A stretch of DNA of 64,000 bases from NCBI GenBank assembly GCA_016187935.1, contig JACPIU010000008.1:292086-356085 (forward strand), in the 5' to 3' direction. Numbering within the stretch: the first letter of the stretch is position 1; each line of letters starts with the position of its first letter. Both the position numbers and the translations under genes were made by a program. Below are positions 1 to 9,640 of the stretch, in pieces. This DNA is from Bdellovibrio sp. GTDB lineage: Bacteria > Bdellovibrionota > Bacteriovoracia > Bacteriovoracales > Bacteriovoracaceae. The notes under the pieces were generated by a model that saw only the letters and a list, made by a program, of their open reading frames with translations, ran no database searches and was not told the DNA's origin.

Positions 1-102
1 AGTTCATTGTGCAAAATTCCCCTGTCCATGCATTCAATTTGTGGAATATTTATTATGGGGTGAGAGGTGTGAGGCATAAATTAATCTCGAACGACAGTGT
101 CT

Positions 103-567
103 TCAGCGTACATAGACGACATTTTTTATTGCACCAATGGCCATGACCTTTCGGCACACTCCTGACTTTGCGCTATCATCTTTAATTACCGTCGATTTTC
201 CCAGCATGAATTTGGCAGAACCTATGTCATAGGTTTCATCTACAATCTGCAAATCCTTCAGGATGAAAGCATACGCTGGAAGTTGGCCTGTGACCTGAAG
301 ATTATAGGGAATTTTATCCCAAGTCTTATTATCTAACGAATACTCTCTAGCATTTTCCGCTACAGTCGTGGGCCTTGCTCCCCTACCCTTGCTTGAAGAT
401 TCTAAAAAAATTACTTTTTTGGCATTTTCACATTGTGCCGGTTTACATCCCCAGCTTTTATAAAGCCAGAACGTCATTCCATATTTTTTCACGTCTTGCA
501 TTTTACGAGAGAATATTTCTTCAAGCGATTCATTGGCATGTGCACCCACGATGCTAAGTATTTCCAT
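103..567 (-). CDS. hypothetical protein (154 aa)
   Basis: Intact ORF. No recognisable motif. Confidence 0.4.
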   Translation of the reverse strand: MEILSIVGAHANESLEEIFSRKMQDVKKYGMTFWLYKSWGCKPAQCENAKKVIFLESSSKGRGARPTTVAENAREYSLDNKTWDKIPYNLQVTGQLPAYAFILKDLQIVDETYDIGSAKFMLGKSTVIKDDSAKSGVCRKVMAIGAIKNVVYVR

Positions 568-575
568 AATAACCC

Positions 576-830
576 TTAATTTCTTTTCATTCGATCTGCA
601 ATCTTGTCCACAGCATGTCTATAGGCCCCATAGAGATAGATTCCGCCAATCGCAAGCGCAACATCGGCGCAGGCAACTGCAACAAATACCACCATTTTAA
701 TTGCGCCCGCTTTTTCCACAGGAACAAGAGCGATATTTCGTTTGTGCTCAACTCTCGCGAGGTATTCTACTGAATCAGGAATCTCTCTTGGTGTCATACG
801 CTGATGCGCAAAGGCTGAATGTCTAGACAT
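576..830 (-). CDS. small membrane protein, hypothetical
   Basis: 84 aa ORF with a hydrophobic core (VVFVAVACADVALAIGGIYLYGA). Confidence 0.35.
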   Translation of the reverse strand: MSRHSAFAHQRMTPREIPDSVEYLARVEHKRNIALVPVEKAGAIKMVVFVAVACADVALAIGGIYLYGAYRHAVDKIADRMKRN

Positions 831-1023
831 ATATCCCCCGAAGAATATACAATAAATATTCTTTACTTGATTAGTAGCAGTAGAAATGAGGATACGTCAA
901 CGGGCCAGAACCATTATTGAGGGGATGTCGTTTCAAAACAGCACATTTATTTACCATTTGGTCTGTACTAATTTAAGGGTAAATTTCGGCCATGTTTAAT
1001 TTGATTTTACTTAGGAAAACTCT

Positions 1024-1632
1024 ATGGATTCAGATTATTGGAACAAAATCTACCAGAAAAAAAGCGAAACAGAGGTCAGTTGGTTTCAGGAAATTCCTCA
1101 GAAGTCACTGGAACTTATAGACAGTCTCAGGCTTCCCGTTGAGACCAAGCTTATTGATATTGGAGGAGGAGATTCAAGGTTGGTTGATTATCTCCTTGCT
1201 CGCGGGTTTAAACATCTTACCGTTTTGGATATTTCTGCAATTTCGTTGCAAAAATTGAAAGCAAGGCTTGGGCCGGATGCTGACAAGATAACTTATATTG
1301 AAACGGATATTGTGAATTTTACGCCATCCGAGTCTTATCAACTGTGGCACGACAGGGCCACTTTTCACTTTCTCACTGATCTTGCACAAATTGAAAAATA
1401 TTTATCTACGGCATACAATGCCCTTTCCGCTGGTGGCCATCTTATCGTCAGCACTTTTTCTAAAACAGGCCCGGAAAAATGCAGTGGTCTCAATATTGCG
1501 CAGTATTCAGAAGATGACTTAAAAAAATTGTTTGGAAGATTTTTTCAAAATATAAAATGCTTCGAGAACACTCACCACACACCTTGGGGAACGACACAGA
1601 ATTTTGTCTATTGTGGCTTTAAGAAACTCTAA
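1024..1632 (+). CDS. class I SAM-dependent methyltransferase
   Basis: Motif I IDIGGGDSRL, then post-I acidic LDIS and a motif II-like segment. 202 aa. Confidence 0.75.
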   Translation: MDSDYWNKIYQKKSETEVSWFQEIPQKSLELIDSLRLPVETKLIDIGGGDSRLVDYLLARGFKHLTVLDISAISLQKLKARLGPDADKITYIETDIVNFTPSESYQLWHDRATFHFLTDLAQIEKYLSTAYNALSAGGHLIVSTFSKTGPEKCSGLNIAQYSEDDLKKLFGRFFQNIKCFENTHHTPWGTTQNFVYCGFKKL

Positions 1633-1832
1633 ATCGAATGCCCCAAATTATTGGCTGATTTGTTGTTATTTTGGGAACTTTATCTTGATCTAACCCCCTG
1701 ACAAGAAAGAAAATCTAATACTTCCTATAGAATAACAAAGACCAAGTAACTTATTTAAGGGACGGGAGAAATATTGAGTTCTCAGAACAAGCGGAGCAAG
1801 AGTCATATGGAGGAAAAATTAAAATCCTACTT

Positions 1833-2462
1833 ATGTCAGCATCCATTGATGAAGTTGAAAAAATAAAACTAGCGCTGCATGAGTACAATCTTGGCAATAT
1901 TACAGTTGTTTTTAACAAGGAGTCTGCGAGAAAAATACTAGAAAATATTACGAAAGGCGCTGATGGCGAAACTATGATCATTGGTGACGAGGTGACATCT
2001 CAGTGGTTGCCCGAGGTCGAGTCTCACAAAATATTGTGGGATGAAAAAGGTCAGAACATTATTGCGATTTTAAAGGAGCGGCCCATGGAAGAAAACAGCA
2101 TAGAAATGGAATTTAAGTATTTGCTGGCCGAGCAAAAGGAGTTTTGTCTGATTTCTTTCATTGGGCCAATGAATAACCATGCCTCTGAGGCCTTGGACGA
2201 ATGTCACAATAAAATCAAAACATCGAATTGCAAGTATTTCATCCTCAACTTTCGGGATGTCGATTTGATCCACATAACAGCGCATCGCCAATTAGTACAA
2301 ATGCAACATACAATCCGAAAGGAAAAAAAATCGATTCTCCGACTTTGTGGAATTCATCCAAAATGGAAAAATGAACTCATCTCTGATGGCTCCATCAGGG
2401 TAGATGAGACGGTGGATAATATTAGGGTTGCACTCGTTGAACTGAATAAATTCATGAAATGA
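1833..2462 (+). CDS. STAS-domain (anti-sigma-antagonist-like) protein
   Basis: C-terminal region FCLISFIGPMNNHASEAL...KYFILNFRDVDLIHITAHRQL resembles the SpoIIAA/STAS fold. Confidence 0.45.
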   Translation: MSASIDEVEKIKLALHEYNLGNITVVFNKESARKILENITKGADGETMIIGDEVTSQWLPEVESHKILWDEKGQNIIAILKERPMEENSIEMEFKYLLAEQKEFCLISFIGPMNNHASEALDECHNKIKTSNCKYFILNFRDVDLIHITAHRQLVQMQHTIRKEKKSILRLCGIHPKWKNELISDGSIRVDETVDNIRVALVELNKFMK

Positions 2463-2478
2463 ATTATCTGCTGTGCTC

Positions 2479-2802
2479 TCACCCCATCCCAAGGTGATTA
2501 TTTTCCTCACAGGAAAGCAACCATGTTCTAATCTCGAAGGTTTCAGCACCCTCTAAAACAAAGGGGTCATGCCGGGCGATTTCATGGGCCTCATCAAGCG
2601 ATGCCGCTTTGATAATGACCATTCCCCCAGAGTAGTCTTTGAAAGGCCCGCAGAGGACAAGTTGGCCTTGCAGTTCAAGTTCCCTAAGATATTTTACATG
2701 CTGACGAATCAGCGGTTCAGAAAATGGCATCTTCGTGCGAGTCAGCAAGATGACATAGCGAGTGAAATCGTCCTTAATTGTTGATTCTGTCATTTTCATC
2801 AT
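2479..2802 (-). CDS. YciI-like (YCII-related) protein
   Basis: About 105 aa. YVILLTR...HVKYLREL...LVLCGPF...GGMVIIKAASLDEAHEIARHDPF is typical of the YCII domain. Confidence 0.75.
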   Translation of the reverse strand: MMKMTESTIKDDFTRYVILLTRTKMPFSEPLIRQHVKYLRELELQGQLVLCGPFKDYSGGMVIIKAASLDEAHEIARHDPFVLEGAETFEIRTWLLSCEENNHLGMG

Positions 2803-2838
2803 CCTTCTTTCACGTCAGTAGTAAATTGAACCAGGCCC

Positions 2839-3729
2839 CTAAGCGTAGGATAGTTTCCACAATGATTCACTCATCTCCTGTCCGCGTACCTTGCCAGTGC
2901 TGGCGGCCTTGGTATTGGTGCCCTTGCTTTTCATCAGAAGCAAGGGATACTGTGCAGAAAAGTTGAAAAACTTATTGGCATTTAAATCCTTTTTTGCAAC
3001 GACATTAAGCAGTTGGGGAGACATTTGAACACTGACAGTGGTCTCGCAACCTTTCTCTTCCGAAAGGGTATACTCAAAATCAATCCCGTAGTCACGCTGC
3101 TTGTGAATGAAATGCTTCAAAACGCTAACGGGTGTTGAAAAGTGGGCATAATCTTCAAACAAAAGTCCATGATTAATTTGAGACATTAAATTAAGGTCTT
3201 TGGAAATATCCAATTTGGAAGTCTGCGTTTGCATAAAATCGGCCATGTCTTTGACCATCAGGGCCGGAATTGGAAAATTTAAAATATCAAAAATTCCTTG
3301 CGGGATTTTCGTGTCCGTTAGAAATTTGTTCCATGCTTTTTCGTAAGACGCCTCAAAAACATCAATAAGAGGGCGCATCTTTCGTGAAGTAATAAGGGGG
3401 TCACTTAAATAATGCTTGGGAATCTTAAACCCAGTACCCTTATAAAAGGATTTCCCAACCTTGCTCAATTGCGGAATATTCTCGATTTCGGCAGAGCCGT
3501 AATAAAAACAGTACGGGTCTTTAACTTTAAAAGCACGGGTTAGCTCCATCCACAAACGCAGATCAGGCGCTAAAATCCCACTTTCAATTTTGGAAACGTT
3601 AGATTGGGAGACACGAAAGTCTTTTGATATCTCCATCTGGCCGTAACCATGAAATTTTCTTATTGCATAAACAACTCGACCGGCCTTTGAACGTAATACT
3701 GTTTCAGTTTCATGCATATTATTCCCCAA
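2839..3729 (-). CDS. XRE-family HTH regulator with an uncharacterised C-terminal domain
   Basis: N-terminal ISKDFRVSQSNVSKIESG helix-turn-helix. 296 aa. Confidence 0.55.
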   Translation of the reverse strand: MGNNMHETETVLRSKAGRVVYAIRKFHGYGQMEISKDFRVSQSNVSKIESGILAPDLRLWMELTRAFKVKDPYCFYYGSAEIENIPQLSKVGKSFYKGTGFKIPKHYLSDPLITSRKMRPLIDVFEASYEKAWNKFLTDTKIPQGIFDILNFPIPALMVKDMADFMQTQTSKLDISKDLNLMSQINHGLLFEDYAHFSTPVSVLKHFIHKQRDYGIDFEYTLSEEKGCETTVSVQMSPQLLNVVAKKDLNANKFFNFSAQYPLLLMKSKGTNTKAASTGKVRGQEMSESLWKLSYA

Positions 3730-3821
3730 TTTTTCACTTTCTGTATTTAATCATAGTGAATAAGACTGCACACAATCAAGGGCGAACTAACAAGATTAAG
3801 TTCTAATTGCCAAGGCCCTCA

Positions 3822-4253
3822 TCAGAGGGCCTCCACTTCGTGTGTCCAATAATAAGTGCCGCCATCATTGAAGCTCACAATTATGCCTTCCTCAGATTCT
3901 TGAGTCTCCCACTCCCCAAGGGCAATAGACCATGCTACGGGGTCCATTTCCCGAAGCACAGAGGCTGTATCCAATGTCATCCAGCCGACCTTTACAGTCT
4001 CTGGGTAGCACTGGCGAATTGATTCTTCAAAGGCCTCTTCGAGATTTACAGGAGTGAGTTCAGTTTCAAGAATGTGTTGCACGATCCATTCTGTGCCCCA
4101 TTCCACTCCAACGCCAGGGACGTGTCTCATCATATCGTCTGAAAAACAGGTGTTGCATCGCCCGCTTGGGGCATCTTTGTAACATCCGTAACAAAATGGA
4201 GTTGATCGTTCAAGGGCCATTTGTGTTAGTTTTTCATAAAAGTTATTTTGCAT
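3822..4253 (-). CDS. hypothetical protein with a Cys-rich (zinc-ribbon-like) N-terminus
   Basis: CYGCY...CNTC cluster. 143 aa. Confidence 0.4.
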   Translation of the reverse strand: MQNNFYEKLTQMALERSTPFCYGCYKDAPSGRCNTCFSDDMMRHVPGVGVEWGTEWIVQHILETELTPVNLEEAFEESIRQCYPETVKVGWMTLDTASVLREMDPVAWSIALGEWETQESEEGIIVSFNDGGTYYWTHEVEAL

Positions 4254-4557
4254 TGTCCGCTCCTTTAAAAAATAATTTTCAAGTTGATGTGAATCAGTGG
4301 GAGCAGCGACGAACGCATTTCACAGACAAAATCTCGGAGGTTCCTCTGGAGACCGTGATTTTTCTTGAAATGAAAGTGAGCAGAGCGGAGGCTGGAAATT
4401 CACAGCATGAAAATTATGTTCAATTAAAGGGTAAGGGCTTATGTTTACAAATTTATTAAATAGTCAAACTTTGGTGCGTCGTTGATGAAGCTAGAAAGTG
4501 TGATGGATAGAAAGACCTGAATTATTAACAGGCCGCAAGTCATAAATGTTCGGTTAT

Positions 4558-5595
4558 TTAATAACATCTACAGCTAGGCGAAGTTGATCCATCATTGCAT
4601 AGGACTCTCTTATCTTCTTTACAGCAAGCTTGACTTTTTTTGGGGCCAGCGACACCGTTATGGTGACTACAACATCCTCTGATTGTCGCAGGCATCAACT
4701 GACTATCTATGGGGCAGGCTGAAGCATTAGAAAAATTATTGCTGCTCTGAACTGTTCGATTTGTTTGGACATCTTCGTTAAACCACGTTGAAAAATTATT
4801 CTCTGCCTCTATCCGTTTTTCTACCTCGTCAGGCAATTGTGAAAAAAAATTAATGCCGGTTATTGCCTCAACACTGTCAACCGAAACTGCATAGTCTTTA
4901 ATGTCATTGGAATTGTAGTTTTGGGGAATTATAAATCCTATTGCCTTTTGCTCTGAACCTTCCTCCAATAATACTTTAAAAAACTTTCGTGGAATTGTAA
5001 CCGCCGAATTTGGGAGCTTGCCTTCTGCCTCACTTAGGATTGGCCCAGTAACGACATAAACTTTTCCATATTTTTTTGTCCAACCTCTGACTTTCTCCTC
5101 CAAATTTTTCCATATACCACGATTTAATTTCGGACGCTGTGGAGTCATGTTACTCATTAAGAAAGAATCTGACATGGACTCTACAGACCATGCCATATCT
5201 ACGGCAGGTGCCAAATGCCCTTTATCAAATCCACTTCTTGCATAATCTTTTGGTAAAGCACTCCCTCCTTCAACATTATTGTCAGCATGAAAATTATTGC
5301 TCCTACTTGCCACTGTTGAATTCAATTTTTCCTTCGTTATAGAATAGCCCACCCAATTTGCGATCTTCTCGCTACTATTAAACGAAAGATAGTAGCCGTG
5401 ACGTACATAAAGTTTTTCATTTGCTTTTAATGCAGGAACTTCAAGCCCAAACTCTTTGACCTTTTTGCTTGGACTCGTTGATTCGATTTGAATATTCTGC
5501 GACGTTGTGACGGTTTGTGGGAATTGATGATCCTGTACAGTGGTGGAACAACCGTAAAAAAAGCTTGTGAGAAAAATTAGAAAAGATATTTTCAT
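4558..5595 (-). CDS. secreted DNA/RNA non-specific endonuclease (Endonuclease_NS family) lipoprotein
   Basis: Lipoprotein signal MKISFLIFLTSFFYGCS. Active-site-like FDKGHLAPA (Serratia nuclease DRGH motif). Eight Cys in the last 40 aa. Confidence 0.8.
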   Translation of the reverse strand: MKISFLIFLTSFFYGCSTTVQDHQFPQTVTTSQNIQIESTSPSKKVKEFGLEVPALKANEKLYVRHGYYLSFNSSEKIANWVGYSITKEKLNSTVASRSNNFHADNNVEGGSALPKDYARSGFDKGHLAPAVDMAWSVESMSDSFLMSNMTPQRPKLNRGIWKNLEEKVRGWTKKYGKVYVVTGPILSEAEGKLPNSAVTIPRKFFKVLLEEGSEQKAIGFIIPQNYNSNDIKDYAVSVDSVEAITGINFFSQLPDEVEKRIEAENNFSTWFNEDVQTNRTVQSSNNFSNASACPIDSQLMPATIRGCCSHHNGVAGPKKSQACCKEDKRVLCNDGSTSPSCRCY

Positions 5596-5616
5596 TAATC
5601 AGACCTTGTTTTTGTT

Positions 5617-6033
5617 CTAGATAGAATTCGTTAACTCATGAATCTTTTCTTGAATGTTAGTAGTGCCTTCAGTATCCACAAAATCAATCTCGTTAGTTTC
5701 AGTTTTGTCACACATGGCGAGCTTTGCCGCTTTAGCATGGAAACAGATAGAAAAATGTGCTTTTCTTCCTAGAATGGCCCAATCTGGAGAATATTTTTTG
5801 ATAAAATCCATGTACTCCTTTTCAGAAGGGTCCAGATTCTTATTAAGTTCTTGCAAATAGATCGTCATCGAGATATTTGTCAGATCATTATTCATAACTT
5901 TTCTCGACAAATAACCTCTTAAACGTTTATTGGCTGCGGCCATGTCAGTTCTAATTTCCGTTATGTCTTGCTCACTTATTTTATGAGAAAGAGATGTGCA
6001 TGAGATTACAATAAGGATTAATAGATATTTCAT
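5617..6033 (-). CDS. small secreted/lipoprotein, hypothetical, co-oriented immediately upstream of the nuclease
   Basis: Signal peptide MKYLLILIVISCTS. Overlaps the end of the upstream gene. Confidence 0.45.
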   Translation of the reverse strand: MKYLLILIVISCTSLSHKISEQDITEIRTDMAAANKRLRGYLSRKVMNNDLTNISMTIYLQELNKNLDPSEKEYMDFIKKYSPDWAILGRKAHFSICFHAKAAKLAMCDKTETNEIDFVDTEGTTNIQEKIHELTNSI

Positions 6034-7010
6034 ACAAGTCCCTGCCAACAGACCACTGGTTGATCTAGATTATTACCATCTTGCGTCGATGAAATTGATC
6101 TTCCTGTATCCAGATTTATGGCGGGAATATCCTCACTTGTAAGCTTCCCTTCACCGTAGCAATAATCATATACTTTGAGTGCTATTGGCTTCAGCACTTT
6201 AAATAATGCGGGAAGACAGTCATCGAAAAAATTAATATCTTTATTTAAGAAATTTGTTTTTCGTCCAAATGCTTGATTATTTCTAAGCCAAATTGATTCA
6301 TCTTTTTTCTTCAACACATCTTTCGCATCATGAAAGAAATAGGTATCTAGACCTGGGAAGTTTGAGTAAAATTGGAAATGATTTCCCTCTGCCAGCGCAA
6401 ACATGCCATGCATATCATCTACCCAATCTTCAATTCGTTCTTTGTTCGTTTTGTGTCCATAGACAGAATTAATTGCTTCTGAAAACAGATTTGAGACATG
6501 AGAAAAATCTTTTTTAAGTGGGTCCATTATTTGATCGTGCAAGTTCGTCCAATTTAGATTTACGCTGGCCCCTGTCCCTTGTGAAAAATAATCGAGAAGT
6601 ATGACATCGAGTCGCATTTCAAGGGCCCGATGTTCAGAGGAGTGATCGTCGTAATTTCCGACCTTATCACGGATAAAAGGATGGATGATCCCATCAGCGA
6701 CCAGGTGACTTATGTATCCAAGAAAAAAGGCAAAACATTCGTCTTTTTTGTCACTATCCTGCATCGCTTTGATTTTTTGAACACCATAGAAGGGAACAAG
6801 ATTTGTACTCCTATAGTGTAGATCATCAGCTATTTTTTCTTCGCTATTTAGGAACCTTGGGATTTGTGAATATGGTAGGTCTGGGCCCAAGGCTCCAAGT
6901 TGAAAATATTTAAGTTTTTCATCGAGTAACAAACCTAAGCTGTGCTCACTAAGATTCGTTTTTTCGTTAAACAATTTGGCAAAGGTAATATGTGAGTATC
7001 CGCTTGGCAT
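6030..7010 (-). CDS. zinc-dependent phospholipase C-like family protein (tentative)
   Basis: LGALGPD and HLVADGIIHPF His/Asp motifs resemble the bacterial zinc PLC-like superfamily. 326 aa. Confidence 0.4.
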   Translation of the reverse strand: MPSGYSHITFAKLFNEKTNLSEHSLGLLLDEKLKYFQLGALGPDLPYSQIPRFLNSEEKIADDLHYRSTNLVPFYGVQKIKAMQDSDKKDECFAFFLGYISHLVADGIIHPFIRDKVGNYDDHSSEHRALEMRLDVILLDYFSQGTGASVNLNWTNLHDQIMDPLKKDFSHVSNLFSEAINSVYGHKTNKERIEDWVDDMHGMFALAEGNHFQFYSNFPGLDTYFFHDAKDVLKKKDESIWLRNNQAFGRKTNFLNKDINFFDDCLPALFKVLKPIALKVYDYCYGEGKLTSEDIPAINLDTGRSISSTQDGNNLDQPVVCWQGLV

Positions 7011-7229
7011 TGTACTTTCTCCTCTTTGCTAAAAGAATAATTCATGCTAGCATAATATGCGCAGAAGAGAAATGTATTCAACTGTATTCCAAGATGACGC
7101 TCCTTGGAATGCTACTTATAGAGCAATTGACTGCGCACTTTTTGCCCTGTCGAAATTATCAATATGACCACAATTAATTTTACCACTTTTCGAGCTACGG
7201 TAAAAAGTTCTTGAAAGATTTGAGGCTAT

Positions 7230-8942
7230 ATGACTAAAAAAATTAATTTATCAATTTATCTTTCCAAGCTAGGCATTGCCCCTAACGATTGCGTCGATGG
7301 GGAAGCTGTTGCAGACACACATGCCGCGAGGATTGAGCTTTCATTAAAAGATGCTCCAGCTTCGTTTGCATACATCGGAATTACTCCCGCAAAAGAGCCA
7401 AAATGGATGAACCTTGTTAAGTTGAACACGGATAAAAGCGGTAAAGACAAGCTAGCGGAGATGAATACGTCGACAGTTAGCATATCGTGCATGATTGTAA
7501 TTCATTTAAAAAGCAAAATGAGATCATTTATTTTTTGTTTTGGACATGGAAAGAAATTTCTAAAATATGAGTCAGTTGAGAAAAATTTTGGCAGAAATCT
7601 TGTTCTAAATACCGCTGATGAGTCAAAAATATCAACGATAAGGACCAAAAGCTTCGAAAGCCAGCCTCTTTTCAAAGAGCTTCAATCACTCCTAACAACA
7701 GATCTTTATGAATTTGGATTCAATTGCGATTATGAACTACTTCAAAAGGTTGTAGGCAGTGCTGAGGGAAAACTTCCAAATACATTTTTTGAAAAACATG
7801 GAAAGGGTCAAAAAGAGCTATTGTCATATAAATTTTCTGGATACGAAGCAGTGAATATAAATGTTGATATTGAACATCTTGGCTGGTCTAAGTTATGCAA
7901 CTGGTTACTTGAAAAGTATTCAGAGAGAACATATAAAAAACTAATACCCAACATAGATTTTTTTGACTTCATAAAGGAGGAGTCCATTATTAAGTCAAGA
8001 AATGACGAGTTAATAGCACTCATCAGAGCTAATCAACTCGACGATATAGCTCTATGCATTCCTGAAAAAATTGAGAATGATGATATTACGGGGTTTGAAA
8101 TTAAAGGGACAAAATATACAAAAGATAGCCAGCTCGAACGATTGATTCTGGATGATATTACAGAGGCACTGAGAGAAGTCGGAAAACTTGGGGCCATTGA
8201 CATTGACGACTTAAAAAGATGGAAGGTGAATGCTTTTGCAGGCGATGATTTCAGGGGCACTTGGAGCATTTTCAGATGTTTAACTATTGAGCTACTTAAG
8301 CCAGACGGGAGGTATGTTCTTTCAGATGGCGAATGGTACCGCTTAGATAAAAATCATTTCACCAAAACAGTGAAAGATTTAAATACAAGAGTTCAGATTA
8401 ACCCATTTCCGTCTTTCTCCATCAGCGTACACAAAGATGAAGCAGGTTATAATAAAGCGGTTAGTGCTCAGTTCGGGCACTACCTGTTTGATAGAAAGTT
8501 GCAAGCAAGTTCCTTAGGGCAAGAAATTGAGCCATGCGATGTACTCTGCTATTTAAAGGATTTTTTACATATTAAAAGATCAAAATCTTCTCAGTCACTT
8601 AGCCACCTTTTTAATCAAGGAGTTGTTTCGAACGAATTAATTGTTAGGGGTGATACAATTTTTACAACAAATATTGTTAGTTCTGTTGACAAGAAAGATC
8701 AAAAAAACATCAGTGAGATTATTGAAAAGAAAAGGCACGAGGTTTCTTTTGCCATCATCGTTGAGAATCGAAAACAGATTGATCTCTCAAAAAAAATTGA
8801 AAACCTTCCAGCTTTTAGTATTATTTCACTTTCAAAAACTGTTGAAATAATAGAGAGAGGTGGGAAAAAAGTAAAAATTTACTTGATTCCAACTGGCACT
8901 GCTCCTAAGCAGAAAGTGAAGATTATAAAGAAAAAGGCTTAA
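7230..8942 (+). CDS. large orphan protein (570 aa), possibly a TIGR04141/DUF6119-like sporadically distributed family
   Basis: Intact 570 aa ORF with no catalytic motif recognised. Converges on the defense operon with a 16 bp gap. Family assignment is from memory only. Confidence 0.5.
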   Translation: MTKKINLSIYLSKLGIAPNDCVDGEAVADTHAARIELSLKDAPASFAYIGITPAKEPKWMNLVKLNTDKSGKDKLAEMNTSTVSISCMIVIHLKSKMRSFIFCFGHGKKFLKYESVEKNFGRNLVLNTADESKISTIRTKSFESQPLFKELQSLLTTDLYEFGFNCDYELLQKVVGSAEGKLPNTFFEKHGKGQKELLSYKFSGYEAVNINVDIEHLGWSKLCNWLLEKYSERTYKKLIPNIDFFDFIKEESIIKSRNDELIALIRANQLDDIALCIPEKIENDDITGFEIKGTKYTKDSQLERLILDDITEALREVGKLGAIDIDDLKRWKVNAFAGDDFRGTWSIFRCLTIELLKPDGRYVLSDGEWYRLDKNHFTKTVKDLNTRVQINPFPSFSISVHKDEAGYNKAVSAQFGHYLFDRKLQASSLGQEIEPCDVLCYLKDFLHIKRSKSSQSLSHLFNQGVVSNELIVRGDTIFTTNIVSSVDKKDQKNISEIIEKKRHEVSFAIIVENRKQIDLSKKIENLPAFSIISLSKTVEIIERGGKKVKIYLIPTGTAPKQKVKIIKKKA

Positions 8943-8958
8943 CTTGATTGTAGTTTTC

Positions 8959-9639
8959 CTAGACTTTTACTTTTAAAAAGCAATGAGCCCCCAATTCCCA
9001 TAAAAATTTATAATTATTTCCGAGGATTATTGGTGGCCCATAATTATTTGTCTTGTAGTCTAATTTTTTGCATGCAGTATATTCTGCTCCATGCCTAAAA
9101 TCAAAATCTCCAGTATCATTCGAATAAGTTTTCTGATCAACATAATGTCGATGATCCGTGCCGACTATTAAAAAACCTAAATCAGAGATTCGATTACTCA
9201 CGTATGTCTCAAGATTTTTCAAATCGACAAATACATCATAGCGATTGTTTGGCTCGCGCTGGTTTATCTTTTTAAAGAATTTCAGTTCAATCGCGCAGAA
9301 GGCAGGCTTTTCATTTTTTTCTGTATTTTCAAATTTTAGAAAGATATCAATATTAGCTTTATTTGAATTACTCTTCAGAAAGGATTGTCCGACAAGTGAT
9401 ACAGGGGCTTCAAGTTCAATTGAAAAATGATCATTGGCCGAGTACTCCGCCAATTCGCCAAGTATTTTAAAAATGCTTGCTAAGTGAAGCTGTAATGAAG
9501 CCTCATTATTTATTGTCGTCATGCCCGATTCAAGTCTCTTGTGTAAGATCATCAATCCATCATCGACAATTTTCTCTAACCTATTGTTATAACTTTCTAC
9601 TTCGATTGGAGAGCAAGGATGAGCACTTCTCAGCATCAT
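8959..9639 (-). CDS. small protein with a possible PD-(D/E)xK nuclease-like core
   Basis: NIDIFLKF ...(about 20 aa)... CAIELKF fits a D...ExK arrangement. Start overlaps the stop of the upstream gene (translational coupling). Confidence 0.35.
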   Translation of the reverse strand: MMLRSAHPCSPIEVESYNNRLEKIVDDGLMILHKRLESGMTTINNEASLQLHLASIFKILGELAEYSANDHFSIELEAPVSLVGQSFLKSNSNKANIDIFLKFENTEKNEKPAFCAIELKFFKKINQREPNNRYDVFVDLKNLETYVSNRISDLGFLIVGTDHRHYVDQKTYSNDTGDFDFRHGAEYTACKKLDYKTNNYGPPIILGNNYKFLWELGAHCFLKVKV

Positions 9640-9640
9640 T

